Virus record (IMG/VR): IMGVR_UViG_3300025078_000015 | Span: 1 to 31,538 of that record | Strand: one strand, 5' to 3' | Length of the DNA stretch: 31,538 nt | Origin: a virus | Taxonomy: Duplodnaviria; Caudoviricetes | Part shown: piece by piece, positions 17,547 to 25,519 of the stretch | Position numbering within the stretch: position 1 is the stretch's first letter | Layout: every line of letters starts with the position of its first letter | The notes under the pieces: model-generated | What the model saw: the letters and a program-made list of their open reading frames with translations, nothing else | Databases searched by the model: none | Told to the model about the DNA's origin: nothing | Program-made: the position numbers and the translations under genes

Positions 17547-18106
17547 TATTCTCTACCCCACTTAATATCTCTGATTGTTAAAGCTGAAAATTCAAAACCT
17601 TTATCGCCTGAAAAAAATCTTTGTTGAGATATATCCGATGTTGTTCTTCCATTTATTTTTTCAAAATTTCCAAAATGACTTGTGATTGTCATTCCTAAAG
17701 CGGCACTACTTCCACCATCGTTCACTTGAAAGTTTGATAAATGTCCATGAAATATTAAAAAAGGATCAGCAATACAAGTCGTTCCACTTACTACGCCACG
17801 ATAAATTTTTACTTCTGTTCCAAGAACATCATTACTTAAACAAGTAGAAATTAAAGATTGATCTACGCCTGAAAATGTTAAATTAACACTATGTTTAATT
17901 GGCGTATTTGATTCAGCAACATTACCAACACCTAATAATGTTCCGTCTGCATTATACGTTTGAGAAGAACCCTCAATATCATCTACAATATCAAATGAAT
18001 TATCGGTCTTTCTGACTGGCGTTCCAAAACCTAAATAAACTAAATGACAAAAAGTAGGACTTGCACCTAAAGCTGTTTTGACTGCTGACGTTAAACCTCT
18101 ACTCAT
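17546..18106 (-). CDS. Minor tail / hub protein (gpL/DUF2163-like)
   Basis: LTFSGVDQ, DPFLIFHG, GRTT...QQRFFSGDKGFEF...DIKWGR; position before gpJ. Confidence 0.75.
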   Translation of the reverse strand: MSRGLTSAVKTALGASPTFCHLVYLGFGTPVRKTDNSFDIVDDIEGSSQTYNADGTLLGVGNVAESNTPIKHSVNLTFSGVDQSLISTCLSNDVLGTEVKIYRGVVSGTTCIADPFLIFHGHLSNFQVNDGGSSAALGMTITSHFGNFEKINGRTTSDISQQRFFSGDKGFEFSALTIRDIKWGRE

Positions 18107-18115
18107 TTTTTATCC

Positions 18116-18202
18116 TCATGTAAATACAAGCGTTAAAGTTAAAAATAATGTTATAAAAATAAACATGCCTATTAATTGTATATCCCAAGGAAAGTTGCTC
18201 AT
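18116..18202 (-). CDS. 28-aa single-TM peptide (not in track)
   Basis: MSNFPWDIQLIGMFIFITLFLTLTLVFT; starts directly after the upstream TAA. Confidence 0.55.
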   Translation of the reverse strand: MSNFPWDIQLIGMFIFITLFLTLTLVFT

Positions 18203-18403
18203 TTATTTTTTCACTTCTCCTTTTAAGTAAACTATTTTTCCAGAATTTTTTCCTACATTTTTAGATATAAATTTTACTTCTGTTTCAATTTCTTTAAGCG
18301 TAATTGCTTGTTGGTAAGTAGTTAAAAGTAACCAACTAAATAAACCAAAAGCTCCTACTGCTATAAAAGAAATAACTTTTTTTAAATCAAACTCTATATT
18401 CAT
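18203..18403 (-). CDS. Small TM plus coiled-coil protein
   Basis: VISFIAVGAFGLFSWLLL TM then heptads; TAATG coupling. Confidence 0.7.
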   Translation of the reverse strand: MNIEFDLKKVISFIAVGAFGLFSWLLLTTYQQAITLKEIETEVKFISKNVGKNSGKIVYLKGEVKK

Positions 18404-18468
18404 TATTTAAACCATTGTAAGTACATTAACCAAGGCATTGATACAGAAGTGTTTTCAGATATTCTCAT
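18403..18468 (-). pseudogene. 21-aa ORF, probable truncated gene remnant
   Basis: MRISENTSVSMPWLMYLQWFK with AGGAG RBS, ATGA and TAATG couplings. Its N-terminus matches a longer marine-phage membrane protein family as recalled, not searched. Confidence 0.4.
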
Positions 18469-18590
18469 TTCTTTCTCCTACCAAAATAATGTTCAGATGG
18501 TTCATAATTCCATCTCATACCATGATGCCCTCTAATGTCGGCATACCACATTCTTAATTTAGCCAATAATTTTAAAACTGGTCTTGGCAT
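18465..18590 (-). CDS. 41-aa hypothetical protein (not in track)
   Basis: MPRPVLKLLAKLRMWYADIRGHHGMRWNYEPSEHYFGRRKK; TAATG coupled to the distal tail gene. Confidence 0.65.
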   Translation of the reverse strand: MPRPVLKLLAKLRMWYADIRGHHGMRWNYEPSEHYFGRRKK

Positions 18591-19192
18591 TAAAACGCCT
18601 CGCAAACATCAAACTCATAATTATATAAATTATTAATACCCATACTATAACTCTGAACACCAGAAGTTAGATAAACTGTAAAAGGAACAGAATCATAAGT
18701 AACAACTTCATCGTCTGCTAACGCTTCAAGTAAAGGTGGACTTATAGAAACTGTTGCCGCATTGCTGGACGGAGTAACATCGCTGACCACTTGGTAAACC
18801 TTTGTATGACTTGTTGCAAAAACCAAAAAATCTCCAGCTTTAAGTGAACCAGCATCATCAGTATTAAACCCATCAATCGATATCGTAGTATCTCCAGCAG
18901 TATGAGAACCATTAACAGAAATAGTTGTCGTTTCAGAACCTAAAGCATTTTTTAAATTCGGTGGAGTAATTGTGAAAGTTTCTTTTGAACCTCTTTGTTT
19001 TGTAATGAAAGCAAAGATAGGTGCAAATTCTGCTCTTGATAAATTGACATATCTACAAGTAAATTTCCATCTTTGATTATCTATTTGTCGTGCAAATCTT
19101 CTACCACTATCAGATACACTAATAAGCGTATTCACTTCATCTTTAAAAGATAAAGCGTTAAATTCTGGCGATGTAGGTAATGCTCCACTCAT
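18590..19192 (-). CDS. Distal tail protein (Dit/gpM-like)
   Basis: Immediately after the tape measure; SDSGRRFARQ...QRWKF...LKAGD...KVYQV...ISPPL. Confidence 0.75.
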   Translation of the reverse strand: MSGALPTSPEFNALSFKDEVNTLISVSDSGRRFARQIDNQRWKFTCRYVNLSRAEFAPIFAFITKQRGSKETFTITPPNLKNALGSETTTISVNGSHTAGDTTISIDGFNTDDAGSLKAGDFLVFATSHTKVYQVVSDVTPSSNAATVSISPPLLEALADDEVVTYDSVPFTVYLTSGVQSYSMGINNLYNYEFDVCEAF

Positions 19193-20904
19193 TAAATTAT
19201 ATCACTCTTTCCTTGTTGGTTAACTGCACTATTAATCATTCCAACAATCATACCTCTTTCGTTAGCCAATAATTGTTGAAACCCAGCAGTATCAACTGCA
19301 TTAATTGTAAAATTAACATTAACATTTTTACCGCCTACTCCTGGTGCAATATATCCAGATGAATTTGGTATAAATGTTTCAGGCCCACCTTCTCCAACCA
19401 TGTATGGTTTATTTTCTGAAACTACTCCACCTTGTCTTCTAGCTGTAAATTTTTGAGATCGTATTTGTGATACTTGTGCCATACCAAAAGCTAATGCGGC
19501 ACTAGCCGCAAGATAATTCCAGGGTGGACTAAAAGCGGCATATGCTTTCATAACTGCCGCATAAGTATTAACAATAGCTTCTGCGATTTTATGTGCCTGT
19601 AACATTTTAAATGCTTTTTTAGAATTACCTGACATAATAGTTAAAGTTCCCTCTAAATTACTTCTTAAATCTTTTAGTCCTTGTGTACGAAGTGCTTGTT
19701 TCTTTTTTTCGTTATCTTCATACGATTGAGTTTGTGCTTTCATTTTAGCATCTTCAAAAGCATATAGATCATTAAAAATCTTTTTACGTTTTTCTGCTGA
19801 TTCTAATTCTCTTGCTTCAATTTTTTCTCTAGCTTTTTCTAATTCTTCTACTGAAAAAATCTTACCAAAATCTTCATTTGACGAAGTAGTTAATGAATTA
19901 ATTGTTTCGTTTAGTTTTTTTAGTTTTTCATCACTAACATCTACGTATGAATTAAACTCTTTATATTTAGGAAAGAATTTAGTAAAAAATAAACCAGTAT
20001 TTTCAAAAGCTATACCTAAATTAGAAAAAGCAATAGCAGTATTAACAGTAGCTGTTGAAACATGAATCATTGCTTCAGCAAACTTACCTAAACTCTTAAT
20101 TAATTGATCGGATAAATACTTTCCAAAATTTTCAATACTTCCATGAGTTTTTTCTACCCAATGTAATAATGATTCTCTTATATTATCTGATACTCTTAAA
20201 ATAGCTGGTGCTAGTGCCGCAGAAAATTGTTGAGATAAACCAACTGTCCCCATTTTTAATAAAGACATTGAATCGTTAGCCGCTTCTACTCCAAGAACAA
20301 CTTCTTTTGACATAACAAGGCCAAGTCTTTTAGCCATCTCAAATTGTTCTTCCATTCCCATTGTGCCATTTTCAATAGCAGTTAAGAGTTCAATATTTCG
20401 TCCACCAAATAATTTATAAGCGGCCGCAGTTTTATCTGTGCCGTCTTTCATATTATTTAAAGCGTTAGCAACTATTTGAAATTGTGCAAATAAATCTCCA
20501 TTGGTTGCTCGTAAGTCATCTTGTGTTATTCCTAATTGAATAAATGCATCTTGTGCAATACCAGTTCCTTTAACGAGCCAATCGTTAATACCAACTGCCA
20601 TTGTACGAACACCTTTTGCAAATGCTTCTAAAGATGTTCCACCTAGTTCTGCTGATAATCTAAATGCACCTAATCGTTCAGTTGAAATAAATACTTGTCG
20701 AGATAATTTTCCTAACTTATCAACACTTTGTAATGAATTTCTAATTAATAAACCTAGACCAGCTATACCAGCAACAGCCGCTAGTCCTGTCTTCATATTA
20801 AAGATAGCTTTACTTACGCCTTTGAGTCCACGTTTAAGTGAACTAAATGCTCGTTTAGTTTTATCTTTTGCGTTAATATCGAATTGTAATCTATTTCTTG
20901 CCAT
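19192..20904 (-). CDS. Tail tape measure protein (570 aa)
   Basis: INAKDKT start, Ala/Gly-rich helical body, AAAYKLFG, C-terminal GG.V....YMVGEGGPE.FIP. Confidence 0.9.
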   Translation of the reverse strand: MARNRLQFDINAKDKTKRAFSSLKRGLKGVSKAIFNMKTGLAAVAGIAGLGLLIRNSLQSVDKLGKLSRQVFISTERLGAFRLSAELGGTSLEAFAKGVRTMAVGINDWLVKGTGIAQDAFIQLGITQDDLRATNGDLFAQFQIVANALNNMKDGTDKTAAAYKLFGGRNIELLTAIENGTMGMEEQFEMAKRLGLVMSKEVVLGVEAANDSMSLLKMGTVGLSQQFSAALAPAILRVSDNIRESLLHWVEKTHGSIENFGKYLSDQLIKSLGKFAEAMIHVSTATVNTAIAFSNLGIAFENTGLFFTKFFPKYKEFNSYVDVSDEKLKKLNETINSLTTSSNEDFGKIFSVEELEKAREKIEARELESAEKRKKIFNDLYAFEDAKMKAQTQSYEDNEKKKQALRTQGLKDLRSNLEGTLTIMSGNSKKAFKMLQAHKIAEAIVNTYAAVMKAYAAFSPPWNYLAASAALAFGMAQVSQIRSQKFTARRQGGVVSENKPYMVGEGGPETFIPNSSGYIAPGVGGKNVNVNFTINAVDTAGFQQLLANERGMIVGMINSAVNQQGKSDII

Positions 20905-21062
20905 TATCTTTTTAATTTGCTGTCTTTGTTTAGCTTATCGTAAAAAGCACACCATAAGTTAAACTCATTCACACTCATATCCATAATGTCGGATAGTTTC
21001 AAGTTTAGGTCTTTTGCAAGATATAGGATATTTAAAAGTTCGTTATCAGTTCTGATTTTTTT
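20904..21062 (-). CDS. gpT-like C-terminal segment of the tail chaperone G-T, reached by frameshift
   Basis: IRTDNELLNILYLAKDLNLKLSDIMDMSVNEFNLWCAFYDKLNKDSKLKR, with gpT-like LA..L....I..MS..EF..W..FY; stop coupled (TAATG) to the tape measure; no start of its own near the 5' end. Confidence 0.8.
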   Translation of the reverse strand, partial: KKIRTDNELLNILYLAKDLNLKLSDIMDMSVNEFNLWCAFYDKLNKDSKLKR

Positions 21063-21378
21063 TTAGCCAGTCTTCAACTGGCAGAACAGACAATATGTCT
21101 TGGGCCACTCTCTCCACAACTAGAGAATCAACTGACCTCATTAAAGTTTGTTTGTCTTCTAATGAATAAAGTTTTTTACCCTCTTTGTCTTCAGCTTTAA
21201 GAATAAGAACGTCAGCAAATAAAGTAACGTCATCAGGTTTTGTATTTCTAGTTAAGATTCTTCTATCGGCTAAAGTTAAAGGTTTAGCATAGACAGTAAT
21301 CCCCCATTCAGGAACATCAATAATCTTCCTGTCTATTGCTTTAAAATGTTCTTTGGCTTTTTCAAGAATATCACTCAT
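21046..21378 (-). CDS. Tail assembly chaperone (gpG-like)
   Basis: IDVPEWG..VY.KPLT..D...KA.D..GKKL; lies between tail tube and tape measure; ends over an A9 run. Confidence 0.85.
   Translation of the reverse strand: MSDILEKAKEHFKAIDRKIIDVPEWGITVYAKPLTLADRRILTRNTKPDDVTLFADVLILKAEDKEGKKLYSLEDKQTLMRSVDSLVVERVAQDILSVLPVEDWLKKNQN
21056..21064 (-). other. A9 slippery site
   Basis: TGG CTA AAA AAA AAT CAG AAC TGA; the T segment is in the +1(-2) frame. Confidence 0.75.
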
Positions 21379-21385
21379 AAAAGAG

Positions 21386-21414
21386 TCAATACTTAAATTC
21401 AGCTAAATAGTCAA
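21386..21414 (-). promoter_or_regulatory. Putative promoter TTGACT-N17-TATTGA, 7 nt before the gpG ATG
   Basis: Fills the only intergenic gap in the tail operon; no SD before ATG 21378. Confidence 0.45.
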
Positions 21415-21419
21415 ATTAA

Positions 21420-21809
21420 TTAAACTGTTCCCCTAGTTAACGCACCAGTTAAAGTAGCTGAAAAAGTTGCTTCTATCATACCATCAGTCGGAGTTGATAC
21501 AGAATTGGCAGTAATAATCCACGTTCCACCAAAATAATAATCTGCTGAATCAGCACCCTCTGGATATAAATAAAGAGTCACTTGTTCACCCTCCGCTATT
21601 GCTATCTGTCCGTTAGTGTCTGTTTCGTCCCAGAAACACTCGACAGATGCAGTTGCACCTTTTTTGCCAACTTGGAAAGTTTTGGAAGTATCAGTTAATG
21701 TAGTATCTTCTAATAATTCTGCTGTTGTGTCTAAAGTAAAACTTCTCACTTCTGCAATAATATTAGAACCACATTTTACTAAACCTGAACTTCCTGTATG
21801 TGTTGCCAT
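21420..21809 (-). CDS. Major tail tube protein
   Basis: G..G.VK, EVRSFTLD, EDT.L.D, FWDETD, LYPEG, ATFS..TGALT. Confidence 0.85.
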   Translation of the reverse strand: MATHTGSSGLVKCGSNIIAEVRSFTLDTTAELLEDTTLTDTSKTFQVGKKGATASVECFWDETDTNGQIAIAEGEQVTLYLYPEGADSADYYFGGTWIITANSVSTPTDGMIEATFSATLTGALTRGTV

Positions 21810-21991
21810 TATTTATTTTCCTCTTTTTTTATTTTCTGTTTAGCTTTATTACTAAACGTACTTAAAGGTTTTGTAACAGTAACACCAACCTTTGTGTAGC
21901 CCATTTTCAAATAATATTCTTCTTTATCTGCAAATGTTTCAATCTCACTTGTGCCGTTAGGTGTTTTTAATTTTATTCTATTGGTTGCCAT
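21809..21991 (-). CDS. Small hypothetical protein
   Basis: YLKMGY motif; lies between terminator and tube genes. Confidence 0.65.
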   Translation of the reverse strand: MATNRIKLKTPNGTSEIETFADKEEYYLKMGYTKVGVTVTKPLSTFSNKAKQKIKKEENK

Positions 21992-21993
21992 AA

Positions 21994-22437
21994 TTAAACT
22001 CCTGTTTGTACTGCGTTTTCGATAGTATTGTATGAAATTAAATAGGTCAACCTCATCAACCCTGTCTTTTGACTAGCAGTATCAAAATCCACTTCTGTTG
22101 AAACTAATTTTGTATCTTTTGCATTACCACCACGACTTATATCAGTAACCATTGCTTCTTCTACTTCTTCTGCAATCGTATCTAACGTATCATCTATGTT
22201 AGCTGTTCCTCGACAATGTGCTTCGATAATTAAATTTAATGCTCTGAATTGAGTTCTAGTATTTTGTCCTATCGTATAATCTTCAACTGTTTCATCTAAC
22301 GTATAAACAATTAAAGCTGGAAGATTCCCAGTTTGTAAAGGAAAGTATCTTGTTTCATAAACATTTGAACCAGTAGTAGATAAACTTGTAACTGTTGTAA
22401 CAACGTGTTCTCTAATTGCTTTTCTAATATGGGCCAT
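21994..22437 (-). CDS. Tail terminator (gpU-like)
   Basis: H.R..IR, VYETR.FP, LPALIVYT.DE, DDTLD.IA.EVE. Confidence 0.8.
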   Translation of the reverse strand: MAHIRKAIREHVVTTVTSLSTTGSNVYETRYFPLQTGNLPALIVYTLDETVEDYTIGQNTRTQFRALNLIIEAHCRGTANIDDTLDTIAEEVEEAMVTDISRGGNAKDTKLVSTEVDFDTASQKTGLMRLTYLISYNTIENAVQTGV

Positions 22438-22438
22438 C

Positions 22439-22747
22439 TTATCCTGATAATGTTATTCTAGTTACACCTGTTCCATCAGGAAATAACTCTTTAATATAAT
22501 AAGTAACGCTATCTATAACTAGCGTATCATTAAAAGTTGCATCAGTAACATCGCTACTTTTACAAGTAAAAACAGGAACTTCTTCAATAATACCAGCTTC
22601 GCCAACTGATTGTTCTACTGACTCTTTATCTAAAATACCTTTAACAGTTGAACTGGTACTAGCACTAACGTCAGTAAATGTAGCTGATTGAGCAAAATCG
22701 TCTGTATCAAAAAATATCGTTCGTTCTGTATCTGATTCTACTGCCAT
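22439..22747 (-). CDS. Head-tail joining / closure protein (gpFII-like)
   Basis: FFD.DDFA..ATF, KGILD, DTL.I....Y, PDGTG.T.I.L. Confidence 0.8.
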   Translation of the reverse strand: MAVESDTERTIFFDTDDFAQSATFTDVSASTSSTVKGILDKESVEQSVGEAGIIEEVPVFTCKSSDVTDATFNDTLVIDSVTYYIKELFPDGTGVTRITLSG

Positions 22748-22748
22748 T

Positions 22749-23060
22749 TTATTTTACTTTTTTCAAACATTTTGTTAATATTCTAACTAGGAATGGATTG
22801 GCCATGAATATCTTTTCGTAACCATTACCTACTGCTTTAGCAATAGGTTCCTCTCCTTTAGTATTCACATCAATATCTTCCATATTCATTATTATATGAA
22901 ACATCTCGTGCATTAAAGTATTAAATAAACTTAAATCTTTCAACCTCTTATCTAAATGAAGTGTATGTAAATTAGGATCGTATAATCCTAAACAATCTTG
23001 AAGTATGACATAATGAACTTTAATCTTTCTTTTACCATACTTGATAAAAGATAATTTCAT
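22749..23060 (-). CDS. Small HEXXH zinc-metallopeptidase-like protein
   Basis: GLYDP...L.LD...NTLMHEMFH...EEPIA. Confidence 0.7.
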   Translation of the reverse strand: MKLSFIKYGKRKIKVHYVILQDCLGLYDPNLHTLHLDKRLKDLSLFNTLMHEMFHIIMNMEDIDVNTKGEEPIAKAVGNGYEKIFMANPFLVRILTKCLKKVK

Positions 23061-23064
23061 TACA

Positions 23065-23169
23065 TTAGAATATCGCTAATAGTATAATAACAATAACAAC
23101 AGCAATCCCAATAGATGCTTTAGGGTGTGCCTTTGCTAACTTATACCAATTTCTTAAACTGGTAATCAT
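23065..23169 (-). CDS. 34-aa single-TM peptide (not in track)
   Basis: GAGGAG RBS; MITSLRNWYKLAKAHPKASIGIAVVIVIILLAIF. Confidence 0.7.
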   Translation of the reverse strand: MITSLRNWYKLAKAHPKASIGIAVVIVIILLAIF

Positions 23170-23178
23170 AAGACTCCT

Positions 23179-23376
23179 CTATTTCTTTTTTCTCGAAAAA
23201 AAACTTTTCTTTTTAACAGTTTCTTTGTGTTCAGGTTTTTTAGTCGATTCAGCACTTGCAATAGCTTTACCCATACCGATTAATAGTTCTCCATCATTTT
23301 GAGTAGCTTCTATTACATCTCCAGCTTTTGCTAATTGACCTTTGACAAAAGTTTGTTTTAGTATTTTTATTTTCAT
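23179..23376 (-). CDS. Small head-associated hypothetical protein
   Basis: MKIKILK.T...G.....GDVIE......LI..GKA, typical of the gene after the MCP; AAGGA RBS. Confidence 0.7.
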   Translation of the reverse strand: MKIKILKQTFVKGQLAKAGDVIEATQNDGELLIGMGKAIASAESTKKPEHKETVKKKSFFSRKKK

Positions 23377-23393
23377 AATAATTCCTTGTATCT

Positions 23394-23423
23394 AAAAGAA
23401 AAGGCGTGGTCAATGCCACGCCT
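23394..23423 (-). terminator. Rho-independent terminator after the major capsid gene
   Basis: AGGCGTGG-CATTGA-CCACGCCT followed by TTTCTTTT. Confidence 0.88.
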
Positions 23424-23442
23424 AATCTTGTAAATGCGTTAA

Positions 23443-25482
23443 TTACGCATTATTATCTTGAATTGCCGCAAAACTTTCTGCGTGTCTAACAGCAACATCT
23501 ACATCGTATAACCCTATTATTCTAGTACCACCTTTAGCGGCATTAGTATAAGGATCAACAGATATATCTAAACTACCCCATTCTCCAACAATCAGGTCAT
23601 TAAAATTCCCAAATGTTAAAGCAGAGCAATCCCCACTTGATGACCCTTTTGTAAGAGTATCAGGCGAGTTTGTTGTTGAAAAGACATTGTAACCCAGTAG
23701 CTTGTTTTGATCGTTCATGATCATGACAGAGTCAGAAGAACCGACTTTAGCCGTAGCCATTAAACGAGAAACTGCAAGCGGAGAAGTAACCCAAGCCAAC
23801 GCGCCTATATCTGCGTTGTCAGTAGCAACTTCTTTCCAAGTTTCAACAGCCAATGCCCACGTAAACGCACCACCATTCGTTCCGATAGCAACAGAACCAA
23901 TACCTGAAGTATTTAAAATACCAGTTGGTTTGTTACTAGAACCTGAACCTTGAATGGCTTGCTTATCAACTTCATTAGAAAGTGTTTTTATAATATCATT
24001 TCTAACAATAGTTTCGATTGCTGGAGTAGATTGGTGCATTAAGTGTCTTGATATGTCAGTAAATGTTCCTAATGTTTTAGGAGCCATTGTAACTTGACGA
24101 TATGTCGTGTTGACTTCTGTTACTGCTGAATTTTCTCCAACCCATGATGCAGAATTAACCGCATTTTGTGCTGGGATAGCAATATCGCCAACTAGACCAC
24201 TTAAAAATAAAGCACCAGCTTGTTTAACAACCATTCTTGCTCTTAATGCTTCAATAAATGAACCACTTAAAAGGTTAGTTGCTACCAAGTTTCCACCATC
24301 GCCAGCGGCACCCTGAATAAGATCCCTAGTCCAACGAACGTCTGTTGGAACATAGATACCTTTCGGAGTTTTGCCAGTTTTACGAGAGATTTCATCAGAC
24401 GCTTCTTTTTCAAGTTCAGCACCAGACCAATTTCCAGTTGCCATAGCTTTAATAGCTTTGACAAGAGAATAATCTCGTGATTCCTTGTTAGAAAGTCCAA
24501 TGTTGTCTTTCTTGTCCAAAGGTTTCGCTTCCCCTAGTTTGTTTAAAACAATTCCTCTAAATTGAGCAAGAGAAACATTATCGTTAACTGCTTTATCTGC
24601 AAGGTCTTTACAATTATGTGCTGACCCTAAAGATTGTATTTCTTTAACTCTAGCTGTTTCTTCTTTTCTCGCTTTAGCGATTTGTTCTTCAACATTAACT
24701 TGAGAAGTTTCCACTTTTGGATTTTCTTTTGCTTTTTCCATTGTGTTTTTTCCAGTTATGATCTCAATAGTTTCTTTACGACTATCTTGATCGGTTGAAC
24801 TATCATATCTACTACGTCCTACGCCAACAGTTGTGTCTGCTGGTACGGAAACAATAGACGCTTCCAATGGTTTCCAATTAACACGATAAGTTGGACTGTC
24901 CTCGTCCTCATCATCGCTTTTAATCTTATCCATCTTCATTATTTCGTAGCCAACACTCACATTACTGCGAATGCCATCTACGACATCACGAAAAACCTCA
25001 TCAGCTAGTTTTGATTTACCAAATCTCACGACTGCACGACCTACCTTGTCGGCATCGCTGATTTTAGCTTCTTCTATGACTCCTATTTGCTTTTCTAAAT
25101 CGTGGTTGAGCAATAATGGTGCTGTCCCACTAGCAATAAATGAAAAATCCACATCTTGCGGATTATGACTTAAAATTTCTGTTCCAAAACTTCTATCGTA
25201 TGGTTCTTCAGAAGAAAACGCTAGATTAACAGTTCTGTTATCTTCACTAATCTCCTTTTTATTAAAACCAAATACACGATATAGTTTTTCTTTATCTGAT
25301 TTCTGTATCATTACTTTTTTTTGAATTTGCTTTTTAGTTTCCATATTCTTTTCGACTTCTTGTTTGTTAATTTTTTGTTGTCCTTCTTTAAGAGATGATA
25401 ATACATTATTTTCTGTACTAAATTCTTTGCTGTTCCCTTCTTTGTTAAAGCCATTGTCTTTTTCGTTTTGTTTTATTGTCAT
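23443..25482 (-). CDS. Prohead protease (HK97/U35 type)-scaffold-major capsid protein fusion
   Basis: LAFSSE, LLLNHD, NVSVGY, EASIVSVPAD protease motifs; coiled-coil linker; HK97-fold MCP (GG.LV, ASWVGE, P.GILN, FGNF..L, DVAVRH.ESF). Confidence 0.92.
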   Translation of the reverse strand: MTIKQNEKDNGFNKEGNSKEFSTENNVLSSLKEGQQKINKQEVEKNMETKKQIQKKVMIQKSDKEKLYRVFGFNKKEISEDNRTVNLAFSSEEPYDRSFGTEILSHNPQDVDFSFIASGTAPLLLNHDLEKQIGVIEEAKISDADKVGRAVVRFGKSKLADEVFRDVVDGIRSNVSVGYEIMKMDKIKSDDEDEDSPTYRVNWKPLEASIVSVPADTTVGVGRSRYDSSTDQDSRKETIEIITGKNTMEKAKENPKVETSQVNVEEQIAKARKEETARVKEIQSLGSAHNCKDLADKAVNDNVSLAQFRGIVLNKLGEAKPLDKKDNIGLSNKESRDYSLVKAIKAMATGNWSGAELEKEASDEISRKTGKTPKGIYVPTDVRWTRDLIQGAAGDGGNLVATNLLSGSFIEALRARMVVKQAGALFLSGLVGDIAIPAQNAVNSASWVGENSAVTEVNTTYRQVTMAPKTLGTFTDISRHLMHQSTPAIETIVRNDIIKTLSNEVDKQAIQGSGSSNKPTGILNTSGIGSVAIGTNGGAFTWALAVETWKEVATDNADIGALAWVTSPLAVSRLMATAKVGSSDSVMIMNDQNKLLGYNVFSTTNSPDTLTKGSSSGDCSALTFGNFNDLIVGEWGSLDISVDPYTNAAKGGTRIIGLYDVDVAVRHAESFAAIQDNNA

Positions 25483-25490
25483 ATAATTTA

Positions 25491-25519
25491 TATCTATTAT
25501 TTTTCTTCTTCTTCTTCAA
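25491..25519 (-). promoter_or_regulatory. Putative promoter TTGAAG-N17-TAGATA, 8 nt before the capsid gene ATG
   Basis: The -35 lies in the last portal codons; identical hexamers and spacing at 14303-14331. Confidence 0.4.
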
